This document shows positions 53,060 to 63,735 of a stretch of DNA of 64,000 nucleotides, one piece after another (positions within the stretch are counted from its first letter, which is position 1; each line of letters starts with the position of its first letter). A program made the position numbers and the translations under genes. The notes beneath the pieces were generated by a model. That model was not told the DNA's origin, did no database searches, and saw nothing but the letters and a program-made list of their open reading frames with translations. This DNA is from Candidatus Marinacidobacterales bacterium (GTDB lineage Bacteria > Acidobacteriota > Vicinamibacteria > Marinacidobacterales > DATDRI01), in assembly GCA_965219415.1 (NCBI GenBank), contig CBDCNP010000002.1:1888001-1952000 (forward strand), in the 5' to 3' direction.

Positions 53060-53860
53060 TACTCACTTCTTCGGCATGGGCGGCGGGGTGTAGCCTGGCC
53101 ACGAGCTCTTGACCAAGGCGGCCCAGGCCGCTTCGGCCGCCATCGAGCTAGACCCAAGCCTGGCCGACGCGCACGTGTCGCTCGGGGAGGTGAGAATCCA
53201 CCAACTGCGCTGGAGCGAGGCTGAAGCCGCGTACCAAAGAGCTCTCGAGCTCGATGCAAACAGCGCGAGAGCGCACTATTTGTACGGCCATCATCTTATA
53301 AACGTCGGACGGCCCGAGGAGTCTGTGGCCGCGTTCATTCGCGCGAGGGAGCTGGATCCGCTCTCGGTCGGCCGTTGCGTGAACCTCGCGCGTGCCTACT
53401 CTTTAGTACGAGAAATGGGGCGTTCCGAAGAGCTCTGCAAGGAAGCCGTCCAGCTCGAGCCCAACCACCCCCTGGCACAGCTTTGCCTTGGGACCTGGAA
53501 CGTGTTGCAGGGGCACTACGCGGAGGCCATTCCTTACTCGAGACTTCTACCGCGTTGACGGACTCTCCGTGGAACCTGGCGGTTTTAGCGATGGTTTACG
53601 GTAAGACGGGGTGCGCGGACGAGGTCTTGGAGATACAAGAAGAGTTGATGAATCTGTCGGTCCAAGGGCGCGCCGTCACGGCGTCGATGGCCCTTACCCA
53701 TATCGGGCTTGGTGAGAAGGAGCAAGCACCGGATTGGTTGGAAAAAACCTTCGAACTGGGCGAGCCGGTTGCACGCCTCAATTACGTCCCTTTGTTGAAT
53801 AGTCTGCGCTTCGAGCCCCGCTTTCAGGAGCTCCTCGACCGCTTGAACCTGCCGGAGTGA
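53060..53860 (+). pseudogene. Orphan TPR C-terminal fragment, frameshifted
   Basis: 'AIELDPSLADAH', 'RARELDPLS', 'LRFEPRFQELL.RL'. No start codon or N-terminal domain. Confidence 0.75.
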
Positions 53861-53902
53861 GAAAAGGGGCCGTCGGTACGCGCCATCGCGCGATAGCATC
53901 GC

Positions 53903-54298
53903 TTACCATATCGTTTTCAGTTCTGGGTAGTTCAGTAGTCTTTCGTCCTTGGTGACGAGGGGCACTCCGATAGTTAGGGCGGTCGCGGCGATGATTCGGT
54001 CCGCGAGATCCGGATGCATCGGGGTAGGCAGGAAGGCTGACTTCACTGCGATCGCGTTGTCGACCGGTATGAACTGGAACTGTGGCAAGGCCTCGCATTT
54101 CGCGAGCCAATCGCGGAAATCCATTCTTAGCTGAAGCCGTCCTTTCAGAACTAGGAGGGCCGTCTCCCAGACACTCATAGAGGAGATCAAGGCCAGCCTT
54201 TCTGCGGCCGCCTTCTCTACCGCCTCTTTCGCCTTTCGTGAGAGTTTCCCCGGATCACTCACAAACCAGATCCAGACGTGAGTGTCGAGGACGATCAC
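53903..54298 (-). CDS. vapC: PIN-domain toxin VapC
   Basis: 'VIVLDTHVWIW', 'SVWE', 'H.D.ADRIIAATA', 'LVTKD'. Confidence 0.93.
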   Translation of the reverse strand: MIVLDTHVWIWFVSDPGKLSRKAKEAVEKAAAERLALISSMSVWETALLVLKGRLQLRMDFRDWLAKCEALPQFQFIPVDNAIAVKSAFLPTPMHPDLADRIIAATALTIGVPLVTKDERLLNYPELKTIW

Positions 54299-54528
54299 TT
54301 GAGGGATTCCCAATCCTCCAGCGCCACCGGCTCGGTTGGGTATTCATACTTCAATACCGAATGGCGCAGGTCGCGCATTACTTGGGCCGGGTCCTCGGAG
54401 TAAGGCACCACCTTTAGAACCGGCTGTCCCCGGTCCGTAATGACCAGGTCCTTACCCGTCTTCTGCACTTGACGGAAGTAGTAGAGGGCCCGGGCCTTGA
54501 ATTCCGACTTGGAGATCGATTGTTTCAT
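54295..54528 (-). CDS. Phd/YefM antitoxin
   Basis: 'ISKSEFKARAL...VITDRGQPV'. GTGA overlap with vapC. Confidence 0.92.
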   Translation of the reverse strand: MKQSISKSEFKARALYYFRQVQKTGKDLVITDRGQPVLKVVPYSEDPAQVMRDLRHSVLKYEYPTEPVALEDWESLK

Positions 54529-54536
54529 ATGAACCC

Positions 54537-54556
54537 AATATGACCATGGTCATATT
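54537..54556. promoter_or_regulatory. Toxin-antitoxin autoregulatory operator palindrome
   Basis: Perfect 20-bp palindrome AATATGACCATGGTCATATT, 8 bp upstream of the antitoxin ATG. Confidence 0.75.
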
Positions 54557-54627
54557 ACCATAGTCATAAAGATCACGCAAGCGGAAACCTGGGATGACAA
54601 CAAGGGACCCCAGCTGGGCAATCAGGG

Positions 54628-55629
54628 CTACCGAAATGTCCCGGCGCCGAGGAAATGCTCTTTGAGGTAGGCGACTGTCTCGTAAAGGGTGTCTCCCGGA
54701 TCCCGCGAACAAAATCCTAGGGCGTGCTCGGCCTTCGATGCATCGAGGTACCAGAAGTAGCAGCTCATCTCGACGCTAACCCGATCGACCGGCGGTGCTT
54801 TCCCCCAATGCCGGTACAAAGCATCGACCGCTTGGCTGGTCCATTCGATCACCGGTGCTGGTAGTCGAAGTCGCGGCGCGGCCACCTTCGTAAGGCGTTC
54901 CAATCTGCCGAACAATTTCGGGAATTCCCAGTTGGGTCCGCCGAGCAAGTATCGTTCTCCTGGTACGCCCCGCTTCATGGCTTCGACAAAGGCGGGCGCG
55001 ACGTCCCGCACGTCTACGAAATTCAGTCCACCGGGCGGTATGGCGGGAATCTCCCGCGCGAGAAACTTTAGGATGTCGTCGGTCGAAGAGAGGCGCTCGT
55101 CTCCTGGACCGAGCAAGAGGCTCGGGTTCAAGATCACGAGCTCCGGACCTCCCTCAGTTTCTTGTCGGGCAACCTGCTCCTGATAGACCTTGCTAGTGTA
55201 ATAGGGCCAGCGCGAGATGATGTCGAGAGGCGTCGACCAGGTTTCGTCCGGGATCTTCTCGCCGTCTTCGGTGACCGCAATCGTTCCGCTCGACGAAGCC
55301 AACACGATACGCTCGACGCGGGCGCGACATGCTTCCCGACAAAGCAAACGGGTTCCGTCGACATGCAATTCGTACATGTCTCGCTGATCGTCGGGATTTC
55401 GAGAGACCTTCCCGGCAAGATGATAGACCTTCTGTATGCCCTTCAGGGCGCGACCGACGATTTCCGGTGAGGCGATCGAGCCTTCGACTAGCTCGACGCC
55501 TTTCTTAGCGAGTTTCTCCGGCGGGGAAGTACTCAGGACGCGAAGCTCATCCTCGCCTCGCTCCAAGAGAAGCTCGACGAGATGGCTTCCAAGGAAGCCC
55601 GTTGCACCGGTGATGAGAACCTTCGGCAT
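54628..55629 (-). CDS. elbE: NAD-dependent epimerase/dehydratase (ElbE-like)
   Basis: GATGFLG, 'YHLAG', 'YYTSK', 'VDVRDVA'. Last gene of the cluster. Confidence 0.8.
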   Translation of the reverse strand: MPKVLITGATGFLGSHLVELLLERGEDELRVLSTSPPEKLAKKGVELVEGSIASPEIVGRALKGIQKVYHLAGKVSRNPDDQRDMYELHVDGTRLLCREACRARVERIVLASSSGTIAVTEDGEKIPDETWSTPLDIISRWPYYTSKVYQEQVARQETEGGPELVILNPSLLLGPGDERLSSTDDILKFLAREIPAIPPGGLNFVDVRDVAPAFVEAMKRGVPGERYLLGGPNWEFPKLFGRLERLTKVAAPRLRLPAPVIEWTSQAVDALYRHWGKAPPVDRVSVEMSCYFWYLDASKAEHALGFCSRDPGDTLYETVAYLKEHFLGAGTFR

Positions 55630-55641
55630 GGTGACTCGCGC

Positions 55642-58600
55642 CTAGGATTTTTTGCTGCGGCCGCTGGTCACGGGAACGGCGTCTCGAGCCGGCCGCTCGG
55701 TGCGATATTCCTGACGTATGGCCTGCGCCTCTTCCTCGATCCGCGTCTCGCGTCCATCGCGAAGATCTTCAACCACCCGCTCGACCAATCGAGTCACCGC
55801 CCGCTCGGCGTCCGAGCGTGCAAGCCCCTCTCCAACCCGCTGAAACAATTCGGGCTGGAGGTACGGTCCGATCACCGCGCTCACCTCGCGTGATTTCAGA
55901 TACCAACCTCCCGGCGGCAAGGCTTCGTGGGTACTGAGATACATCGGAAGTACCCCGACCTTGGCGCGCAAGACAAGGTGACCAAGGCCGCGCTGGAAAC
56001 GTTGCATGCGGCCACTTCGAGAGCGCGTACCCTCCGGGAAGAGCAGCAGGTTGTACCCTTGTTCGACGATATTGAGTGCCCACTCGAGTGATTTCCGGAG
56101 GGATCCCTTTCGCTCCATGGGCGCGAGGTTGGTGAAGTTCTCGAAGAAGGCTCGCTTCAGACGGTTATCGAAGAAGTAATCGGCAGCGGCCAATGCGACG
56201 AGATTCTTTCCTGCGTCGCCGAGCGCCGTTTTCACGAGTCCCATGTCCAAGTGGGACGAGTGATTCGCCGCGACGATGAAATGCGTATGCTTTGGTATGT
56301 GCCCTCGGCCGTGAAATTCCGGGTTCAACACTTCGTGGTAGAACCACCCCTGGGCCGCGGTCAGGCCCTGACGCCCGAGGTTGGCGATCAGAGGAGGAAC
56401 AGCAATTTCCTTTTCCTCCTTCTTCTCCGCGACCGCGCGTGCAGCAACCTTTCGGTCGGCGCTCACCGGCTTCCGTTTGAGATAGTCCACGAGCTCTCGA
56501 ATGTCGTTCAAGCCCGCCAGGACATCCGGCGAAGGCACGTCGCCGGTGGTGCTTTCGAGGGCCGTCGCAAGCTCGTTGTACATCAGGCTGTCGAACCCCA
56601 GCTCATCGAGTCGGCTATCGAGACGTACTTCGGCGCGCGGTTTCTCGCAAATGGTCGCCACCACATCGAGGAGCCAGTTCGAATCGAGCCCGGGGGCTTC
56701 GCTGGAAGGCGCCGGCCGCGCGTCGCTCTCTCGTTTGAGCTCTTGCATCAACGCGACGATCTCTCGACGCTTGATCTTTCGCGTCGACGTGCGCGGCAGC
56801 TCTTTGTCGGTAAACTGGAGGATCTTGGCTCTTTTGTAGAGAGGCAGCCGGCTGGACGCGCTCTGGAAATGCCTTTCTATTTCGGCGCGAAGCTCCCCTT
56901 CACTCATCGACTTGTTGTCCTCGACATTAGGCACCACCAGGCAAGCCACCCGCTCGGCCGCGCCGTCAGGAAAACCCACTACCGCGAGCTCTTTGATCCA
57001 TTTCGGATCGGCGTAGACTTCTTCGAGCTCGTCGGGGTACACGTTCTTGCCATTCCCGTCGACTATCATCTCCTTCAAGCGACCGACGATATGGAGATTA
57101 CCCTCTTGGTCCATTCGACCGAGGTCCCCGGTGTGGAGCCATCCATCGCGCAGCACTTCCTTGGTCGCCCGCTCGTTCCCGTAATAACCCGCCATGATGT
57201 TGGGGCCGCGGGCGAGGACTTCACCCACGCCCCGGGCGTCCGGAGTGTCGATGCGGATGTCGATTCCGGGTAAAGGCTGCCCCACGCTGCCAGGAATGGG
57301 ACGGCCGGTAGGCGGGGTGACGGTGAGCACCGGTGCCGCTTCGGTCATGCCGTAGCCTTCGTTGAGATTGAATCCCAGACCGCGAAACGTTTTGAGTGTC
57401 GATTCGGAGAGTGCCGAGCCACCGCTGATGAGGTAGCGGATCCTTCCCCCGAAACCAAGGTGAACCGGCGAGAAAAGGAGTGGACCCAGGTTGAAAGGAG
57501 TCTCGCCGCGCAACAAGTAGTTTCCGTCGATGAGCGCGGTAGCGATGTCCTCGAGCTTGGTCGAGCGGTCGGAGAGACGGCTCAGCACGCGTCGCTTCAG
57601 GAGATCCCAAAGAGCCGGAACACCCACGATGCATGTGACGTGTCCCTTCTTGAGCGTCCTGGTCATGGTGTCACCGGTGAGCTCGGTTAAATACGTGATC
57701 TGTGCTCCACGGCTGAGGGGAAGGAGAAACCCGGTCGCGAACTCGAACGAATGGTGAAGCGGCAGCGCGCTCAACATCCCGTCCTCGTTGTTGATGTCGT
57801 AGACGGTTAGGAGCTTGGCAACCAGACTCGTGAAGTTCCGGTGCGTCAACATGACCCCTTTGGGGTTTCCGGTGGTGCCGGACGTGAAGATGATGGAGGC
57901 CAACGCCTTGGGACCGACCCTCTCTGGAAGCGCGGCGATTCTTTCGCGCTCGACGGCTTCGTCACCGAGAGCAAAGATCTCTTGGAACGCCCATACTGGA
58001 GACTTGACGTCGACCACCGCGAGCTGACGATCGAGCTCGACATGCTTCTTCTTAAGCTCATCACTAATAACCAACCCGGTCGCTTCGCCGAGGCGTATCA
58101 GGTTGACGATCTCTTCTGTGGTCGCCTCCTTTTCGATCGGAATGCAGGTTGCGCCGGCTTTCAAGATACCGAAATAGCTCATGCCCCACTCGGGGGAATT
58201 CTCGGCGACCAAACCGATGCGCTCGCCCTCTCTCACGCCCTGGCCTACGAAGTACGCGGCCGCGCGGTGTACGCACTCTCTCAGATCGTCATAGGTGTAA
58301 CGTTCTTCGCGCCCCTTCCTCTCGATGCGCATGGCAATGCGGCCGGCGTGGTTCTTGGTCGCCGCATCGAAGAGCTCGGACAGGCTGCCGTAGGTATAGA
58401 TCCGTCGCGGCTTAACCTTTTCCGCTTCGTCCAACCGTGGGAACACCCACTTCTCGAGGCCGGGAAGATGAACCTTCAGCCAATAGTCATACCAATTGAG
58501 CGAGGCGATACCCCAGGGAAGAAGCTCTCGTTCCTCGGCGGGCATTCTCTCGAAAATCGCACGAGTGTTATCCGCTCGGAACGTGTAGTCGTTGTCGACG

Positions 58601-60057
58601 ATGAAGGGGCGGAAGGTTTGGTATTGCTCTTCACCCTGACTCGTGAAGCTCTCGAAGCGTTTCACCGCGTCCCGGGCCTGCTCGACGACGCCGCCGAAAG
58701 GACCGAGCTGCTGGGGTGGCAGTTGCTCCAGAAGTTCTTGAATCTTCCGCGTACCGCGATGCAACATCGGCATCGAGATCCGCTCGAAACGGTCCGGGCT
58801 CACCGCCTGTGCTTCCATGCGGGCAGCGATCTCGTTGAGAAGACGCGAACCGGTCTCCTTTTCTTTGAAGTGCTTTCTCTTATAAAGCCCAAGCAAGACG
58901 ACGAGTCGCCCCAAGCGCGCCGGATTCGTATCTCCCGAGCATACTTGGTGCACCAGCGCCGGCTCTTCCACCAAGGCCTGCGCAGTCGCCGCCAGCACCA
59001 CCGCCGCCGTGTGATCGACCGGGATGATGTCCAGCGTGAGATTTTCTTCGACTGGAAAGAGGTTCTGGCCTTTCAAGGCCATCCGGATGAGCGGAGCGGT
59101 TGTAGTGAAGCCCTCATTCCACCCAGGGAAGGGGAACTCCAACGAGCTCTCGACGATGGCCGGGCGGATGATTGTGCGGGCGATATCGGTCTCCGCCGCC
59201 ACGAGCTGCTCTCCCAAACTCTTGGTGTAGGTGTAGATGTTGGGCCAACCCCACCAGTTCGCCTTTTCGATTCCGAGATCAGTCAGGCGAGAGCGGATCC
59301 AGTTCTTTCGCTCGCGCGCCACCGCGAGGCGAAGCGCCTTTTCATCATCTGGATCCCGACCCTCTTCGAGGAAACGCTTCTTGGCCGCCTCTTGGAACCG
59401 ATCGACCAGCGAATTATCCTGTGCCTCGTCCCTTACCCGGGCCGCGAGGCGCTCGCAGTCCCTAATCTCCCGCTCGACGGAGAAGTGAGGGACCTCGGGC
59501 TCTCCTTTCCTAGGGAAATAGCCGACGAGTGGCTCGTTCTCCCAGATCTGGCCGGACCGGTTTCCGGCGACGAAACAGGTGCTGACATGGACGAGCGCCG
59601 GTCGCTTCATCCGCTTGGCGAAGGCAATGATATTGAGAGTCCCGGTGACGTTGGTCTTGAGAGCGGCTTCGAGCGGCGGATTGAAGGTCACCCGGCCCGA
59701 GCTATTCACCAGAACGTCGATGTCGGAAGCGATGCGTGCCGCTTGTTCTTCGGAGTAGCCAAGGTTCTCATCGGTAATGTCGCCACCGACGATCACAAGC
59801 TTCTTGTGAAGAAAGGCCTCGAGCCCAGAGGCGTATCGTGCCCGCAGCGGATCGAACGCCGGGGAGGGCAGGATGGTCTCCCAGAAACGGCTTTCGCTTT
59901 CCGCATCGGAGGCCGCACGAACCATCAAGTAGACCCGGCCGATCTGGGGAAAGCGATCGAGCAACATGCTCAGGACGACCTTGCCGAGAAAACCGGTCCC
60001 TCCGAGAAGGAAGATACGTCGGCCGGCGAAGGCCTCGCTAGGCTTTAGGTCGGACAA
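55642..60057 (-). CDS. elbD: Multifunctional fatty acyl reductase / acyl-CoA synthetase / ACP / acyltransferase (ElbD-like)
   Basis: Reductase: GGTGFLGK, 'YTYTK', 'PFPGWNEG'. AMP-binding: 'FTSGTTGNPKG', 'GYGMTE', 'TGDLG'. ACP: 'LGFDSL'. PlsC-type: 'NHSSHLD', 'FPEGTRS'. Confidence 0.9.
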   Translation of the reverse strand: MSDLKPSEAFAGRRIFLLGGTGFLGKVVLSMLLDRFPQIGRVYLMVRAASDAESESRFWETILPSPAFDPLRARYASGLEAFLHKKLVIVGGDITDENLGYSEEQAARIASDIDVLVNSSGRVTFNPPLEAALKTNVTGTLNIIAFAKRMKRPALVHVSTCFVAGNRSGQIWENEPLVGYFPRKGEPEVPHFSVEREIRDCERLAARVRDEAQDNSLVDRFQEAAKKRFLEEGRDPDDEKALRLAVARERKNWIRSRLTDLGIEKANWWGWPNIYTYTKSLGEQLVAAETDIARTIIRPAIVESSLEFPFPGWNEGFTTTAPLIRMALKGQNLFPVEENLTLDIIPVDHTAAVVLAATAQALVEEPALVHQVCSGDTNPARLGRLVVLLGLYKRKHFKEKETGSRLLNEIAARMEAQAVSPDRFERISMPMLHRGTRKIQELLEQLPPQQLGPFGGVVEQARDAVKRFESFTSQGEEQYQTFRPFIVDNDYTFRADNTRAIFERMPAEERELLPWGIASLNWYDYWLKVHLPGLEKWVFPRLDEAEKVKPRRIYTYGSLSELFDAATKNHAGRIAMRIERKGREERYTYDDLRECVHRAAAYFVGQGVREGERIGLVAENSPEWGMSYFGILKAGATCIPIEKEATTEEIVNLIRLGEATGLVISDELKKKHVELDRQLAVVDVKSPVWAFQEIFALGDEAVERERIAALPERVGPKALASIIFTSGTTGNPKGVMLTHRNFTSLVAKLLTVYDINNEDGMLSALPLHHSFEFATGFLLPLSRGAQITYLTELTGDTMTRTLKKGHVTCIVGVPALWDLLKRRVLSRLSDRSTKLEDIATALIDGNYLLRGETPFNLGPLLFSPVHLGFGGRIRYLISGGSALSESTLKTFRGLGFNLNEGYGMTEAAPVLTVTPPTGRPIPGSVGQPLPGIDIRIDTPDARGVGEVLARGPNIMAGYYGNERATKEVLRDGWLHTGDLGRMDQEGNLHIVGRLKEMIVDGNGKNVYPDELEEVYADPKWIKELAVVGFPDGAAERVACLVVPNVEDNKSMSEGELRAEIERHFQSASSRLPLYKRAKILQFTDKELPRTSTRKIKRREIVALMQELKRESDARPAPSSEAPGLDSNWLLDVVATICEKPRAEVRLDSRLDELGFDSLMYNELATALESTTGDVPSPDVLAGLNDIRELVDYLKRKPVSADRKVAARAVAEKKEEKEIAVPPLIANLGRQGLTAAQGWFYHEVLNPEFHGRGHIPKHTHFIVAANHSSHLDMGLVKTALGDAGKNLVALAAADYFFDNRLKRAFFENFTNLAPMERKGSLRKSLEWALNIVEQGYNLLLFPEGTRSRSGRMQRFQRGLGHLVLRAKVGVLPMYLSTHEALPPGGWYLKSREVSAVIGPYLQPELFQRVGEGLARSDAERAVTRLVERVVEDLRDGRETRIEEEAQAIRQEYRTERPARDAVPVTSGRSKKS

Positions 60058-60069
60058 GATCTTCTCCGC

Positions 60070-61668
60070 TTACTCGACTTCCGGGATCACGATGGGCGGC
60101 AAGTGCAACATCGAGATCTCAGCCGAAGGCCCGGTAAAACTGCGGGCCATCGCGATCGCTTCCGCGATCGACTCCGCCCGTTCCCAACCCAGGAGAGACG
60201 GTACGTGCTCGGTTTCAGCACCGGCGACAATGATCTTCCCGGCGTGACGGCGGCCATTCTCTCCCCAGTACCACATAAAGAAAGGATGGGCGCCATGATA
60301 AGCATTGCCTTGGCGATACATCTGGATGTAGCTCGGATTCTTGGCGAACTCTTCTTCGTATTTCTCGCGAAGCGCGAAGGAATCCCTGGTCTCAGGAAGC
60401 ACGCGGTTAAAGAACTCGATGTAGCTGGGGTGGAACTTGGCATCGAACTCGTCGTAACACGGATGCGCGAGAATCAAAACGCCGCCCTTTTTCAACAAAG
60501 GCTTACCGCGATACATGTTGAAGAAATAGCCGGGGCCCATGACCTGGACCAGAAGCGGGTTCAAAATCGAGTTCACGTTATAGGGAGAGATGTAGGGGAT
60601 ACCCACGATCAAGATGTCGGCCTGTCCCTTGACACGAACCGCGTATTGTTTGAACGATCGCTCGAGGGTGCGCTCGTGGACCGGGTCCGTCTTGCCGGCA
60701 TTGCAGGCGATCATCTGGAAGTGCGCCGGTATCGCGTGCAGGAACGCTCGTTTCGCCGCGCGGGGCATCTTCTCGAGCGACCAACGAGTGGCTCGCAACT
60801 TGAGGCGATCGGCTTCGGTGAAATCGTCTTCGTTCTTTCCCAGGAAATTCAGTTGATCGAAATACATCCGGTTGTTGAGCACGGTCTCGATGTGGAAGAC
60901 GTTGAGGTTCTTGTCGACCAGCTTTCCCATGCGATCGCACTTTTTCGCCAGGGCGGAACGAGGCGGATTCATGTAGCCGTCGGAGTCGATGATCGTCTGC
61001 GGCTCGTGGTGGGAGGTGAGACTTTCGTAGTCACAGAGCCCCACCGTCACCGACTTATGACCGCCATCCATGGGAACCAAATTGATGTTGATGTAAATGA
61101 CGAGATCGCTTTCACAGGCTCGCCGATTGATTCGAAGAACCTCGCCATGCTTGGTCTTTCCGAGATTGACCAGGCCGTCGGGGTCCTCGGCATCGTGGCA
61201 GTAATAGCGATCGGGATAGAACTCTTTGTGAATCTTCGAGCCCACCATCCTCCGCATCTCGGATCCCGTCATCTTTCGATGCAGCGAGTTAGCCACGACC
61301 AAATGGATATCGTCGACGCCATGGTCGGAAAGCATCTCCAACACGACTTCGAGGACGGTCTGTCGGACGTCGGGCGGAAGCATGGGTGGAAGCGGAAGAC
61401 TGACGTCGTCGAGTGCCACCGTGACCTTCATGCCGGGCGTAAGCTGTGCATAGAGCGGATCGCATCCCAACGGGTTGTTCAGAGCGTATCTAACGGCGGC
61501 TCGGGGATTGGGCAGGCCTTGGATCGATGGCTTGGGATAAATGACCCGCGTGCCGACCGGCAGATCCACTTCTAGGAAATCCTCTCCGAAATGGAGGACG
61601 CGAGGGGCCGAATCAGTGTCGATCATGACCGTCGCCGGATCCAGCTTGCGACGCAAGAGAGGACTCAT
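60070..61668 (-). CDS. elbC: LarA-like / DUF2088 protein (ElbC-like)
   Basis: 'ALNNPLG..PL', 'DDVSLP', 'ANSLHR', 'DGGHK'. Position in the cluster. Confidence 0.8.
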   Translation of the reverse strand: MSPLLRRKLDPATVMIDTDSAPRVLHFGEDFLEVDLPVGTRVIYPKPSIQGLPNPRAAVRYALNNPLGCDPLYAQLTPGMKVTVALDDVSLPLPPMLPPDVRQTVLEVVLEMLSDHGVDDIHLVVANSLHRKMTGSEMRRMVGSKIHKEFYPDRYYCHDAEDPDGLVNLGKTKHGEVLRINRRACESDLVIYININLVPMDGGHKSVTVGLCDYESLTSHHEPQTIIDSDGYMNPPRSALAKKCDRMGKLVDKNLNVFHIETVLNNRMYFDQLNFLGKNEDDFTEADRLKLRATRWSLEKMPRAAKRAFLHAIPAHFQMIACNAGKTDPVHERTLERSFKQYAVRVKGQADILIVGIPYISPYNVNSILNPLLVQVMGPGYFFNMYRGKPLLKKGGVLILAHPCYDEFDAKFHPSYIEFFNRVLPETRDSFALREKYEEEFAKNPSYIQMYRQGNAYHGAHPFFMWYWGENGRRHAGKIIVAGAETEHVPSLLGWERAESIAEAIAMARSFTGPSAEISMLHLPPIVIPEVE

Positions 61669-61692
61669 GAAGTCGGTTCCTTTCGCTTCTTC

Positions 61693-62355
61693 CTATTTGA
61701 GAGAAAGAATCGGCCAGTCGTGACGGAGCGCCGTGCTCCGCAGCCTGAGATCGGGATTAGTGGCGGTCGGATGACCCACCATGGAAAGCATGGGAAGGTC
61801 GCTCATGCTATCGGCGTAGCAGAAGCATTCACTCAGAGAAATGCTCTCGCGCTCGGCGTAGGTCCGGATCCAGGACGCCTTGGTCGCGCTCGCCATGATC
61901 GGAGGTACCAGTCGACCGGTGGCCACGCTGTCCACGAACTCCAATCGGTTGGCCACATACTCCTCGATTCCTAGATGTCTCAGCAAAGGCTGAATGCTGA
62001 TATCGAGCGCACCGGTGACCACCACCTGACGCAAACCCAAGCTTCGAGACTTGTCTAACAACTCCGTCGTTCCCGGATAGATCGACGGCTTGATCACGTC
62101 GTCGAACAGGTCCTGAGAGAGGTAACGGAGCCGGTCCTCGGACTGGTTGCGATACCACTTGAAGAAGAGATCGTTGAAGACCTTTCGGCTGTAGACATCG
62201 GTGGCGAGGAATAGCGGGATACCGAGAAACGTCGCGGCCGTCCGCCCCAGGCTCCGGAGTATGCCTTGGTCGTTTCGGGCGTAGAAGGCGAACGTGTGCA
62301 CGAGATTCGTGCTCAAGAGTGTCCCGTCCAAATCGTAGAAAGCCGCCGCCGGCAA
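61693..62355 (-). CDS. elbB: HAD-IB hydrolase (ElbB-like)
   Basis: 'FYDLDGTL', 'VTG', 'YADSMSDLPML..VGHP.A.NPD'. Confidence 0.82.
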   Translation of the reverse strand: MPAAAFYDLDGTLLSTNLVHTFAFYARNDQGILRSLGRTAATFLGIPLFLATDVYSRKVFNDLFFKWYRNQSEDRLRYLSQDLFDDVIKPSIYPGTTELLDKSRSLGLRQVVVTGALDISIQPLLRHLGIEEYVANRLEFVDSVATGRLVPPIMASATKASWIRTYAERESISLSECFCYADSMSDLPMLSMVGHPTATNPDLRLRSTALRHDWPILSLK

Positions 62356-62676
62356 AGTCTCTATTCCTTATTATTTGGGAAGGGGGAACGCGGCATCGCT
62401 CCCCCGCCGAATCCACGATAATCGTAGGATCATACGCGGTTGCGCCTAAACTCTCAACTCGCCCCTGACTACCTCCGGATCCAGCAACCACGTAGTTGGG
62501 GTGCGACCACGCCACCTCCGGCTGCAACAACCACTTATAGCTGGACGGCCTTGGATTACTAGCAATCCCGCGGCTCGGGTGCCCTCCGGCCTTTTGTTCG
62601 TTTTCATTTCGCCTTGAGGCCGGTTGGCGAGGATTCCGTTGACTGGGGCGAGGCTGGGATCTAGGATGGGCGCTCT

Positions 62677-63681
62677 ATGTCTTTTCGCCGCGCCACCATT
62701 ACCGGCATGGGCCGCTTCCTTCCAGAAAAGATCCTCACCAATGCCGACCTCGAAAAGATGGTCGACACTTCCGATGAATGGATCATAAGCCGGACCGGGA
62801 TCCGCGAGCGTCACATCGCCGAGGGGATGGCCACGTCGGACCTGGCCACCCGCGCCGCCCGAGATCTGTTGTCGAAACGTGGGCTGACTCCAGACGACAT
62901 CGATCTCATCATCGTGGCCACCGTCACGCCGGACATGTTCTTTCCCGCAACCGCCTGCTTGGTTCAGGACAAGCTGGGGGCGAGCCGCGCCTGGGGGTTC
63001 GATCTTTCCGCCGCTTGTTGCGGTTTCGTATACGCGCTCACGACGGGTGCCCACTTCGTGGCCGGTGGCTCCCACGACCGTGTCCTGGTCATTGGTGCGG
63101 ACGTCATGAGCAGCATCATCGATTACGAGGACCGCACGACGTGCGTGCTCTTCGGCGATGGTGCCGGTGCCGTCCTACTGGAGCCCGCAGAGGACGATTC
63201 GGGCGGCCTCATAGATTTCAACCACCACATTGACGGAAGCGGCGGCTTCTTTCTCTACATGCCTGGAGGCGGAAGCATGAACCCGACCTCAGACAAGACG
63301 GTGGCCGAAAAACTCCACTACGTGCATCAAGCCGGCCCCCAGATCTTCAAGTTTGCGGTCCGGCAGACCTACGAAGCCGCGTCGTCCCTGCTCAAGAAGC
63401 ACGGCCTCAATGCCTCAGATATTTCCCTGCTCGTCTCACACCAAGCGAACGCCCGGATCTTGGACGCGGCGGCCGAGCAGCTAGGCCTTCCGTCGGAGAA
63501 GGCCATCAAGAACATCGACAAGTACGGTAATACCACCGCCGCCACGATCCCCCTCGCGCTCACCGACGCTCAGGAACAGGGGCTCCTCAAACCCGGCGAG
63601 CTCATCCTAATGGCTTCCGTCGGCGCCGGGCTCACGGTGGGCTCGTGTCTGTTCCGCTGGACCGGTTTGAAATCGGCCTGA
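62677..63681 (+). CDS. fabH: 3-oxoacyl-ACP synthase III
   Basis: '[15 protein letters not shown]', 'AACCGF', 'LFGDGAGA', 'HQAN', 'GNT'. Confidence 0.96.
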   Translation: MSFRRATITGMGRFLPEKILTNADLEKMVDTSDEWIISRTGIRERHIAEGMATSDLATRAARDLLSKRGLTPDDIDLIIVATVTPDMFFPATACLVQDKLGASRAWGFDLSAACCGFVYALTTGAHFVAGGSHDRVLVIGADVMSSIIDYEDRTTCVLFGDGAGAVLLEPAEDDSGGLIDFNHHIDGSGGFFLYMPGGGSMNPTSDKTVAEKLHYVHQAGPQIFKFAVRQTYEAASSLLKKHGLNASDISLLVSHQANARILDAAAEQLGLPSEKAIKNIDKYGNTTAATIPLALTDAQEQGLLKPGELILMASVGAGLTVGSCLFRWTGLKSA

Positions 63682-63735
63682 TTCGGAACGGAGCGGAAGG
63701 GGCGGATCCGATCCAACTCCGTCTGGAGGGTTCCA

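Noticed and set aside
57841-60048. 735-aa ORF antisense to elbD (and similar long shadows such as 60103-61575 and 56251-57273)
   Set aside because: Typical high-GC antisense shadows with no recognisable motifs.
62446-62607. Small minus-strand ORF MKTNKRPEG... upstream of elbB as an elbA substitute
   Set aside because: 53 codons, no recognisable motif, far too short for an alpha/beta hydrolase. Cannot be supported.
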